Assembly: GCA_039091335.1 (NCBI GenBank)
Contig: JAWCME010000001.1
Coordinates: forward strand, 10,024 to 74,023
DNA length: 64,000 bases
Direction of reading: 5' to 3'
DNA from: Candidatus Aenigmatarchaeota archaeon
GTDB lineage: Archaea > Aenigmatarchaeota > Aenigmatarchaeia > CG10238-14 > SCSR01
Part shown: positions 56,552 to 64,000 of the stretch, piece after piece
Layout: each line of letters starts with the position of its first letter
Numbering within the stretch: the first letter of the stretch is position 1
Notes under the pieces: generated by a model
Database searches by the model: none
What the model saw: the letters and a program-made list of their open reading frames with translations, nothing else
What the model was told of the DNA's origin: nothing
Translations under genes and position numbers: made by a program

Positions 56552-58321
56552 ATGGCAAAAAGGATAGCAGTTATAGATAGGGAATTATGCAAACCAAAAA
56601 AATGTCAGCTTGTATGTAGAAAGGTTTGTCCTAAGGTAAGGGCAGGAGAAGATTGCATATATTTTAATGAAGATAAAAATTTGGTTTTCATAGACGAGGG
56701 AATTTGTATAGGTTGTGGTTTGTGCGTTCGCGCCTGCGAAAGATCAGGATTTAAAGCTATAACAATAGTTAATTTACCTGAGCAGCTTAGAGAAAAACCT
56801 GTTCATAGATTCGGGATAAATGGTTTTGTTCTGTATAGGCTACCATTTCCAATTATAGATAAAATTGTGGGGATAATTGGGGCGAACGGAACTGGGAAAA
56901 CAACCGCATTGAGAATACTTTCCGGAGAAATTGAACCAAACTTAGGAGAGGCCAAAGCAGATTTTTCAGAAGTATTTTCAATGTTCAGAGGAACTGAATT
57001 GCAGTCGTATCTAGAAAGGATAAGAGATAAAGAGATAAAAATTTCATATAAACCGCAAAGGGTTGACCTAATTCCAAAATTCTACGATGAAAAAATATCA
57101 AAGCTATTGGAAAGAGCAGATGAAAGAAAAATTTTAAATGAGTTGATAGAAATTTTTAATTTTAAATCAGTGCTTGACAAAAAAACTTCAGAAGTTTCTG
57201 GTGGGGAGTTGCAAAGGGTTGCTATTGCTTCCTGTCTAGCAAAGGATGCAGACTTTTATTATATAGATGAACCAACAAGTTTTCTAGACGTATTTCAAAG
57301 GCTTATTATAGCAAAAACAATAAGAGAATATTGTAAAGGAAAGGCAGTAATGGTAGTGGATCATGATTTAGCTGCTCTTGATTTTTTAGCTGATAGGATT
57401 CATATTTTTTATGGTATGCCAGGAGTTTACGGGGTGGTTTCAAAACCATATTCTGTCCGTGTTGGAATAAATACCTTTCTTGATGGTTACATAAAAGAAG
57501 ATAATGTGAGGATAAGAAGCGAACCCATAACTTTCTTTATGGGCTTAAGAGAGAAGGGGACTTCTTCTGAAATTTTAGTATCTTTCAAAAATTTGAAAAA
57601 AAGGTTTGAAGGTTTTGAGCTAGAAGTTAAAGAAGGAGAAATAAGGAAAAAAGAGGTTTTAGCTGTTTTGGGGGCAAATGCTCTTGGAAAAACAACTTTT
57701 GCTAGGATTTTAGCTGGAGAAATAAGAGCAGATGAGGCAGAAATAAAAGACAAGATAAAAATTTCATATAAACCACAATACATTCAAACAGGATTTAAAG
57801 GAAATGTTAAAGAGCTATTGTCTTCCGTAGAAAAAATTACAGAGGAATACAAAAGAGAAATAATTAGACCATTAGGTCTTGAAAAAATTCTGGAAAAAAA
57901 TGTTCAAGAGTTGTCTGGTGGGGAGTTGCAAAGGGTTGCTATTGCTTTATGTTTATCTCAACAAGCTGATTTGTATTTGTTGGATGAGCCAAGTGCCTTT
58001 AACGATGTAGAACAAAGAATTAGTTTAGCGAAGCTAATAAACAAAATTGTTGATATAAAAGAGAAGAGCGCTTTAGTTATAGACCATGATTTATTATTTT
58101 TATCTCAAGTTGGAAATAGAGCAATGGTCTTTCTTGGAAAAAGTGGAGAAAGGGGATTTGTTGATGGGGTTACTTCTGTTAAAAACGCATTTAACAAATT
58201 TCTTTCTACTGTCGGAATAACTTTTCGTCGAGACCCACAAACCGGAAGGCCAAGAGCAAACAAACTCGATTCTAAACTTGACAGAGAGCAGAAGGAAAGT
58301 GGAGATTATTTTTACTGTTAG
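56552..58321 (+). CDS. abcE1: ABCE1 (RNase L inhibitor) ribosome-recycling ATPase
   Basis: N-terminal Fe-S domain CKPKKCQLVCRKVCP / CIGCGLCVRAC, then two ABC nucleotide-binding domains with LSGGELQRVAIA signatures. Confidence 0.85.
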   Translation: MAKRIAVIDRELCKPKKCQLVCRKVCPKVRAGEDCIYFNEDKNLVFIDEGICIGCGLCVRACERSGFKAITIVNLPEQLREKPVHRFGINGFVLYRLPFPIIDKIVGIIGANGTGKTTALRILSGEIEPNLGEAKADFSEVFSMFRGTELQSYLERIRDKEIKISYKPQRVDLIPKFYDEKISKLLERADERKILNELIEIFNFKSVLDKKTSEVSGGELQRVAIASCLAKDADFYYIDEPTSFLDVFQRLIIAKTIREYCKGKAVMVVDHDLAALDFLADRIHIFYGMPGVYGVVSKPYSVRVGINTFLDGYIKEDNVRIRSEPITFFMGLREKGTSSEILVSFKNLKKRFEGFELEVKEGEIRKKEVLAVLGANALGKTTFARILAGEIRADEAEIKDKIKISYKPQYIQTGFKGNVKELLSSVEKITEEYKREIIRPLGLEKILEKNVQELSGGELQRVAIALCLSQQADLYLLDEPSAFNDVEQRISLAKLINKIVDIKEKSALVIDHDLLFLSQVGNRAMVFLGKSGERGFVDGVTSVKNAFNKFLSTVGITFRRDPQTGRPRANKLDSKLDREQKESGDYFYC

Positions 58322-58322
58322 A

Positions 58323-59333
58323 CTATCTACCTCTTTGCAGTCCGAAATCTATTGTTTTATATAACAATTCGCTGTATTTAGTTTGTGGTATATATTTATT
58401 CAATTCTTCTAAACCACGAGCAATAAATTTTTTGGCCACTTCTTCTGAATCAGAAATCGCATTATATTTTTCAAGTAATTTTATGAGTTCAATCCTTTCA
58501 TCCAATGAAAGTGGTTTCCCTATTTTTCTATAAAAAATTTCTTTATCTTTTTCATTGGCTCTACTATTAAACAAAGCTATGACATAAGTTGGTTTGCCTT
58601 CAACTAAATCATCTCCAAACTCTTTACCGTATTCTTTAGTTGGAAAAAGGTTTAAAATATCATCTTTGATTTGGAAGGCTGGGCTTAAAAAATCTCTACC
58701 AATCAAATATAGATTATCAGCCATGTTATCAAAACCTGCTATTATCGCAGCTCCCGCCATAGGCATAGCTATGGTATAGCTTCCTGTTTTTGCTTGGTAA
58801 ATAAATATTTGTATATCTGTTGTTAAGTCTGGGTTTTTTCTATATTTAATATCAAGCGTTTGTCCTATAGCAGTCTCATATAAAGCTTTACCAATAATTT
58901 TTGCCAATTTGTCTGCATTAGTATAAAAAGCTAACAATTTGTAAGGCATAGCTAATGTATTTATTAGTCCTGTATTGATGGCTTGTTCAACTCCAATCTT
59001 GACCCAAGTTGTTTCTTTACCTCTCCTTAAATATGACTTATCTTGTACGTCATCTATATCAAGAAGGCCGCTATGAATAAGTTCCATAAGACACATGTAA
59101 TATTTAATTTTTTCATAGGAATCATCATGAGTTAATGCTTTATAAGTTGCATATGCTAAAAGTGGGCGATATCTTTTTCCTCCTTCTATAAATCGTTCTT
59201 TAGCGAATTTAACCGTCTCTATTTTTTCAACATCGGGTTGTGGAAAAAGATTCACTTCTTTCTCCACGCTTCTAACTACATCATCAATTTCCAAAATATA
59301 AGATTCTAAGTCATTCATACTCATAATTACCAT
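58323..59333 (-). CDS. idsA: short-chain trans-prenyl diphosphate synthase (GGPP/FPP synthase)
   Basis: GKRYRP; first Asp-rich motif LLDIDDVQD; second FQIKDD. Confidence 0.65.
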   Translation of the reverse strand: MVIMSMNDLESYILEIDDVVRSVEKEVNLFPQPDVEKIETVKFAKERFIEGGKRYRPLLAYATYKALTHDDSYEKIKYYMCLMELIHSGLLDIDDVQDKSYLRRGKETTWVKIGVEQAINTGLINTLAMPYKLLAFYTNADKLAKIIGKALYETAIGQTLDIKYRKNPDLTTDIQIFIYQAKTGSYTIAMPMAGAAIIAGFDNMADNLYLIGRDFLSPAFQIKDDILNLFPTKEYGKEFGDDLVEGKPTYVIALFNSRANEKDKEIFYRKIGKPLSLDERIELIKLLEKYNAISDSEEVAKKFIARGLEELNKYIPQTKYSELLYKTIDFGLQRGR

Positions 59334-59369
59334 TAAAAAAATAAAATTTATTTATTTAATGTTTTTGGT

Positions 59370-60047
59370 TTATTGGCTTTTCTGATAATTTAAGTCTTTA
59401 ATCAATTCTTCTATACTGTAGATTATTTTATCCGGCCTTTCTTTTTTTAACTTCTCTTCTGGTATTAAGAATGGTATGGAAAATATTTTACAACCAACTT
59501 TTCTTGCAATTTTTATATCTTTTGGCATATCACCTATATAACAGAGTTCTTTTGGGCTAATGCTCAGCTCTCTCACCAAGTACAATATGGCGTCTTCCTT
59601 CTTCTCAAACCCATCATCGCCCGAAATGCTACTGCTCAAATATTTTTTTAAACCAAACCTTTTAAGAATAGCATCTAAAATAATTCTATCATTGTTCGTT
59701 ACAATTGCTAATTTATAGCCCATTTCTTTCATTTTTTTAAAGGTTCTCTTTAAATTAGGGCGCGGTCTTACTTTATCTAAATATTCTCCAACACATAGCT
59801 TATCGAATGTTTCATTTATTTTTTCAATTTCTAACTTTCTTTTTCCTTCTTTTTTACGTATTAAGTCTGAAATTGCTTTTTTAACTTTTTGTCCAAACAC
59901 TTCTTTAATCTGTTGACTTGTAAAAGTATAACCATGTATTTTTAATGCCTCTTTAGCAGCCTCTATAAACACGCTAGTATCAAATAATGTCCCGTCTAAA
60001 TCAAATATAAAAGCTTTAATTTCTGAATAATTCTTTATTTCAGACAT
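59370..60047 (-). CDS. HAD-superfamily hydrolase
   Basis: Motif I FDLDGTLFDT. Confidence 0.65.
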   Translation of the reverse strand: MSEIKNYSEIKAFIFDLDGTLFDTSVFIEAAKEALKIHGYTFTSQQIKEVFGQKVKKAISDLIRKKEGKRKLEIEKINETFDKLCVGEYLDKVRPRPNLKRTFKKMKEMGYKLAIVTNNDRIILDAILKRFGLKKYLSSSISGDDGFEKKEDAILYLVRELSISPKELCYIGDMPKDIKIARKVGCKIFSIPFLIPEEKLKKERPDKIIYSIEELIKDLNYQKSQ

Positions 60048-60078
60048 TTATCTCCTTGATTAATTTGACTAACTATCT

Positions 60079-60372
60079 CTAAGCTTTAACCTCGCTAATT
60101 GTAGAGTCACAATATTCATCGCCGTCTATTAATCTTCTATGCCTTTTGAAAATAAAATTTGAGCCCAATATCTCCTCAACAGCGCCCCTGCAATATTCTA
60201 TGCAAATGTTGCAGAAAAATGGTTCTCCTTTAAAGGATTCGTTAAATGGACATTTAATAATAACTATTTTCCCGTCTTTTATTCCGTATTTTAACCCAAG
60301 AATTATTGCAGCTATTCTAAGGATTTTTTTCGTGTTTTCAACCGTTCTTTCGTTTATTTTAAATATTTCCAT
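60079..60372 (-). CDS. hypothetical Cys-rich protein (97 aa)
   Basis: CPFNES...CNICIEYC. Confidence 0.3.
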   Translation of the reverse strand: MEIFKINERTVENTKKILRIAAIILGLKYGIKDGKIVIIKCPFNESFKGEPFFCNICIEYCRGAVEEILGSNFIFKRHRRLIDGDEYCDSTISEVKA

Positions 60373-60390
60373 AATCTTATTGGCATCTCT

Positions 60391-60612
60391 TTATTTCACT
60401 AAGGAAGAAATAATTGTTCCAGTTGTAGTAGATGCCATCCAACCTCTTTCCTCTATGCTAAGTTTTTCTTTAATTAATTTATGAAGTTCTTCAATTTCTT
60501 TCATCTTATCTTTATTGTTTGGGTTGGTTTTAAAAATTCTTAGACGATTTTTACTCATACCTTCGCTAACCTCAATTTTTAATTTTATCTCTGTTGATCC
60601 AATCACATCCAA
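60391..60612 (-). CDS. hypothetical protein (73 aa)
   Basis: ORF only. Confidence 0.25.
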   Translation of the reverse strand: MDVIGSTEIKLKIEVSEGMSKNRLRIFKTNPNNKDKMKEIEELHKLIKEKLSIEERGWMASTTTGTIISSLVK

Positions 60613-60731
60613 ATTTTTTACTAATTAATTCTCCAAACTATTGGGGCTTTGGTATTGTGTTTTCGTACCATTATTTAATCCTATGTTTAAATTTAAATTC
60701 ATTTGGTATATTCTAAATTTTATAGTTATTT

Positions 60732-61286
60732 CTATTTTTCAAGCGCAGGGCAGTTCAAGCAACGCATCTCGTCTATTTTTCTCAGCCCGCATGGTGTATA
60801 ATCTTGGTTCTTTGAATACATAAGTTTAAGTTGAATAAACTCCGGAACAATTGGAGCATTTCCTATATTTACTTCAATGTGTTTAATTCCTGGCTCAATT
60901 CTTATCTGTTTATTAATAAATTCTTCTATATCCTCTAAGGTTTTCCCTACAAAAGAAATAATTAGGTTATGTATGCCAGAAGTTTTAAATAAATTAAAAA
61001 CTAAGGGACAATTCCTAAGTTTTTTTATCAAAATGTTAGCTCCTTCTGTGTCTGTCTCTATCCCTATTGTTGCAGTTACCGGATAAAAGATTTGTGTATT
61101 TATGAGAGGTCCTACTCTTAGCACATTCTTACTTATCAGCCTTTCAAACCTTTCCTTTATAGCAGCTGGCGTAACCCCAAGTTTTTTTGCAAGCGTAGTG
61201 TATTTGGTCCTACCGTCCTTAAGAAGCTCTGAGATTATAAACCTATCCACTTTATCCAAAGTTTTTTTAGTTTTTATTTTTTTCAC
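60732..61286 (-). CDS. Lrp/AsnC-family transcriptional regulator with C-terminal Cys-containing extension
   Basis: HTH DRFIISELLKDGRTKYTTLAKKLGVTPAAIKERFERL plus a RAM-like domain. Confidence 0.6.
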   Translation of the reverse strand: MKKIKTKKTLDKVDRFIISELLKDGRTKYTTLAKKLGVTPAAIKERFERLISKNVLRVGPLINTQIFYPVTATIGIETDTEGANILIKKLRNCPLVFNLFKTSGIHNLIISFVGKTLEDIEEFINKQIRIEPGIKHIEVNIGNAPIVPEFIQLKLMYSKNQDYTPCGLRKIDEMRCLNCPALEK

Positions 61287-61370
61287 CTTTAAAATTAATT
61301 TAATTTTTTAAATTTAAATATTACTTTTTTAGGAAAACTTTAAATATAAAAAAAATATTAAAATAGAGAG

Positions 61371-61868
61371 ATGGAAGAGACAGCAATTTGCAAAGTATGT
61401 TTAGAACCGATATATAACTTTATTTGCGTAGATTGTTTGAAAGAAGGAGTTAAGAAGTGGATAAGCGTCACAATACCCGAAATAAAAAAAGAATTTTTAA
61501 ATTTTCATAGAAAAATGATAAACCTTTTCTTTTGTGAAGAAAATGGAATAAAATGCATAAAATGTAAGAGAAAAATAAATATTGTCATTTGTCCATACTG
61601 CTATGAAAAGGAAGTGTTTTGGTTAATCTTTTCAAAAAATATTAAGCTCGCTAAAATTTTTTCTAAATTTTTTAACTTTGATTTTCTTGGGGTTGGCTAT
61701 CTTCCAACATTTACCATTAGAGATTTCCAGCCAGTGGTTTTGAATGAGTCTGAGGAGGAAGAGGATTTAAACATATGCGAAAGTTGTGGGCAAGTTTCTT
61801 ATGTGAAGAAAAAAAATGGAGTTTGGTTATGCGAAAGTTGTAAAGATGAAGAAAACTATATTGGTTGA
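61371..61868 (+). CDS. multi-zinc-ribbon protein (three CxxC...CxxC pairs)
   Basis: CKVCLE...CVDC, CIKCKR...CPYC, CESCG...CESC. Confidence 0.45.
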   Translation: MEETAICKVCLEPIYNFICVDCLKEGVKKWISVTIPEIKKEFLNFHRKMINLFFCEENGIKCIKCKRKINIVICPYCYEKEVFWLIFSKNIKLAKIFSKFFNFDFLGVGYLPTFTIRDFQPVVLNESEEEEDLNICESCGQVSYVKKKNGVWLCESCKDEENYIG

Positions 61869-62334
61869 AATAGAAGAATCAAATCCCATGTTTCCTGTAA
61901 TTGAGTACATGTCAAAACAGAAGTGGTGTAGTTATGTTGATAGTATAACTTCTGAAAGAATAGATGGAATCGCAAAAATTATAGTAAAAGAGGGACGCTT
62001 AGAAGAGTTTCTTAAAGAAATTCCTTCCTCTACTTTTCATGTTATTGAAAAAAGTTATAATTTCAGAAGAAAAGAAAAAGGAATTTTACCGTTTTGGATC
62101 AAATTAAAAATTTATAAAGAAAATTTAAAAGATTTTGAAAATTTTATGGAAAGGACGAAAAACATAACAGAGGCCTATCTTACGCCTGAATATAATTTAT
62201 TCATGAGGGGCTATGCTAATTTACCCCAAGAAATTGATTTTATTTGGACTAAACTTTTTGAAGAAAATAAAGATGGAATTGACCTAAAAGAAAGAACAAT
62301 AACATACATTGTACTTAAAACTTTTAAAAAATAG
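61846..62334 (+). CDS. hypothetical protein; overlaps the 3' end of the Zn-ribbon gene
   Basis: ORF-track frame opens at 61816. Start Met at 61846 chosen to minimise overlap. Confidence 0.3.
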   Translation: MKKTILVEIEESNPMFPVIEYMSKQKWCSYVDSITSERIDGIAKIIVKEGRLEEFLKEIPSSTFHVIEKSYNFRRKEKGILPFWIKLKIYKENLKDFENFMERTKNITEAYLTPEYNLFMRGYANLPQEIDFIWTKLFEENKDGIDLKERTITYIVLKTFKK

Positions 62335-62577
62335 CTATTTGCAATACCCCCTTATTTCCGTTACAAGCCTTTCTATTCTTTCTATTCTTTCGCCCAAGTT
62401 AGTGTTTTGAATGTTTAAGCTGTCTAACCTTGTTAAAATCAAGTCTATCTTTGCTTTTAAATTTTCTAAACTAACTTCTTCTAATGTTTTTTCTTTTAAT
62501 GTTGGTGGTGCTTCTAAGGAAGGTATTAAACTTTCTTTCTTTTTAAAACGCTCTTTAATTCTTGAAAATATTCCCAT
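62335..62577 (-). CDS. small coiled-coil protein (80 aa), third gene of a three-gene operon
   Basis: Heptad-rich sequence with ERIERIERLVTEIRG; start coincides with the stop of the upstream paralog. Confidence 0.4.
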   Translation of the reverse strand: MGIFSRIKERFKKKESLIPSLEAPPTLKEKTLEEVSLENLKAKIDLILTRLDSLNIQNTNLGERIERIERLVTEIRGYCK

Positions 62578-63086
62578 TAAGTCAACCTCTCCCTCATGAC
62601 CAAGTTATAAGCTGACCTTATTTCAGCCTCAAGCCTTTCTATTCCAGCTTTATATATTTGTATATATCTCCTCCTTATATTATTATAAATCAAATGATGA
62701 TAAAGCCAGATGAATGGCTTTATGAATATTTTTTGCCAAACGGTATCTACAGGATATCTTGTAACAATCGTTCCTCCGATTAAAATCTCGTTGCTTCCTT
62801 GCTTTGACGGGTCAGAAGGCTGTCTTCCTTGCAGTCTAACCCAAACATAAGCTCTTGTCCATTTGTCTAATCCCTTATCTAAATGAAATCTTACAAAAAA
62901 CGGCCTTGGGTCATCTGTTATATCCCATCTAAAATCGTCTTCAAAAATATGAACACCCCTTGCTTGAAAAATTCTCATAAGTAAGTCGGGAATTGACCTA
63001 TAAATTGCAAACGGATTTGGACCACGATACTCTATTACCAAATCCCTTTTTGGTGCTAATATATCATCTTCAAAAATATACGCCAT
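62577..63086 (-). CDS. uncharacterised protein, paralog A of a tandem pair
   Basis: Shares Y.GPNP ... G..V.T.YP.DT.W ... F..YH ... RRRY with the upstream gene. Confidence 0.5.
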   Translation of the reverse strand: MAYIFEDDILAPKRDLVIEYRGPNPFAIYRSIPDLLMRIFQARGVHIFEDDFRWDITDDPRPFFVRFHLDKGLDKWTRAYVWVRLQGRQPSDPSKQGSNEILIGGTIVTRYPVDTVWQKIFIKPFIWLYHHLIYNNIRRRYIQIYKAGIERLEAEIRSAYNLVMRERLT

Positions 63087-63616
63087 TATACCATCTTTGG
63101 TAGCATTGCAAAGAATGATTTAAGCTCTGACTCGATCAAAAACATCCACTCTCTGCACTTCTCAACATACCTTCTCCTTTCTTCTTTATAAAATACCTTA
63201 TGGTAGAATGTTCTAAAAATCTCATACAAAAAACTTCTTTCCCACGTTGTATCTTGGGGGTATTCTGTCCTGACAACACCCTCAATCTCTATGCTAACCC
63301 TTCCTTCCTTACCAAATTCTTTGCTTGGCTTAGCAAAACCTCCTATAGATATTGTAAGTTGCATATAAGAAAATTTGTCAAAGTTTTTTATCACTTCCAT
63401 TCCAGAGCTGAAAGTTTCTCCCTCTGGGGCCCTTTCCCATTTAAATACCTTCTCTTGGATATTTTCTCTTGGAACTTTTAGCACATTAAGTAAAACATCA
63501 AGTAGCTTTTCATAAGCTTTTTGCGGGTTTGGACCACTATAAGTTATATCTATCCTTGGCCTAAGTGTTAGACATAATTCTTCCATTAAGAGTTTTGTCC
63601 TAGCGAAAACTGGCAT
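63086..63616 (-). CDS. uncharacterised protein, paralog B of a tandem pair
   Basis: Same motif series as paralog A; stop overlaps the paralog A start. Confidence 0.5.
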   Translation of the reverse strand: MPVFARTKLLMEELCLTLRPRIDITYSGPNPQKAYEKLLDVLLNVLKVPRENIQEKVFKWERAPEGETFSSGMEVIKNFDKFSYMQLTISIGGFAKPSKEFGKEGRVSIEIEGVVRTEYPQDTTWERSFLYEIFRTFYHKVFYKEERRRYVEKCREWMFLIESELKSFFAMLPKMV

Positions 63617-63654
63617 ATTCTCTAATTAAATTTTATCAAAAACAATATTTAATT

Positions 63655-63807
63655 ATGAAGAGTTTACTCGGAGTGTTTTTATCTTTCATTGGATTTTATC
63701 TTTTAATAAAATTATCTGAAACAGAAGACCCATTAACATTTCAAATTAGTGCAATTTTTAGCATCCCGCTAATTTACTTTGGTCTAAAATTATTGGTGTT
63801 CGGATGA
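63655..63807 (+). CDS. small hydrophobic protein (50 aa)
   Basis: MKSLLGVFLSFIGFYLLIKLSE...; stop overlaps the next small ORF's start (ATGA). Confidence 0.25.
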   Translation: MKSLLGVFLSFIGFYLLIKLSETEDPLTFQISAIFSIPLIYFGLKLLVFG

Positions 63808-63965
63808 TATTTAAAATATTTGGAGCAATTTTAATTTTATTTGGTTTCTTTTTAATTTTTTTATTTCCCGAATGGAAGGAATTTGAATATAAACCTTTTA
63901 CAAGACTTGCACTTTTGATTGGCATATTCTTCATACTTTTTGGAATATATCTTTTGAGGAGATAG
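63804..63965 (+). CDS. small hydrophobic protein (53 aa)
   Basis: MIFKIFGAILILFGFFLIFLFPEWKEF...; tandem with the previous small ORF. Confidence 0.25.
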   Translation: MIFKIFGAILILFGFFLIFLFPEWKEFEYKPFTRLALLIGIFFILFGIYLLRR

Positions 63966-64000
63966 AATGGTGGTTATCGAAACTCTATGGAAAACAAAAG

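Noticed and set aside
1-64000. Genome-wide UGA reassignment (alternative genetic code)
   Set aside because: Apart from tyrS, all long genes are intact under the standard code. A recoded genome would fragment many ORFs.
1-64000. Mobile elements or prophage
   Set aside because: No integrase, transposase, terminal inverted repeats or phage structural genes were recognised. Both tRNA genes have intact 3' ends, given the intron interpretation, rather than truncated att-like duplicates.

Overview
The window is AT-rich (roughly 30% GC) archaeal chromosomal DNA. Genes are compact and lysine-rich, Shine-Dalgarno-like GGAGG/GAGGTG motifs sit upstream of starts, and many genes overlap by a few nucleotides. 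There are about 90 genes. The core is an archaeal ribosomal-protein supercluster: L3, L4, L23, L2, S19, L22, S3, L29, SUI1, RNase P Rpp29, S17, L14, L24, S4e, L5 and S14. The S8-L6 continuation of that operon is displaced to the left edge of the window in inverted orientation, next to an atypical tRNA. Other information-processing genes include a fused PriS-PriL(CTD) primase, GINS, PCNA, TFS, ABCE1, GatD/GatE, TyrRS, a methanogen-type SerRS, an Lhr helicase with an MPE nuclease, TIP49, and ribosomal proteins L40e, L44e and S27e. Metabolic and housekeeping genes include thrC, apgM-eno, a P-type ATPase next to a Ca2+/Na+ exchanger, MscL, Hsp20, RtcA and a GGPP synthase. No CRISPR array, integrase, transposase or prophage was seen. 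The fused single-chain primase, the small proteins and the non-canonical tRNA introns point to a DPANN-like reduced archaeon. Points worth follow-up: an in-frame TGA inside an otherwise intact tyrS; a tRNA-Ser(GGA) that needs an intron in its acceptor-stem 3' strand to fold; a second 100-nt tRNA with non-canonical architecture; an atypical Zn-type SerRS; an ATP-cone/PD-(D/E)xK nuclease fusion; and a tightly coupled three-gene operon (two tandem paralogs of an unrecognised family plus a coiled-coil protein) next to a multi-zinc-ribbon protein.
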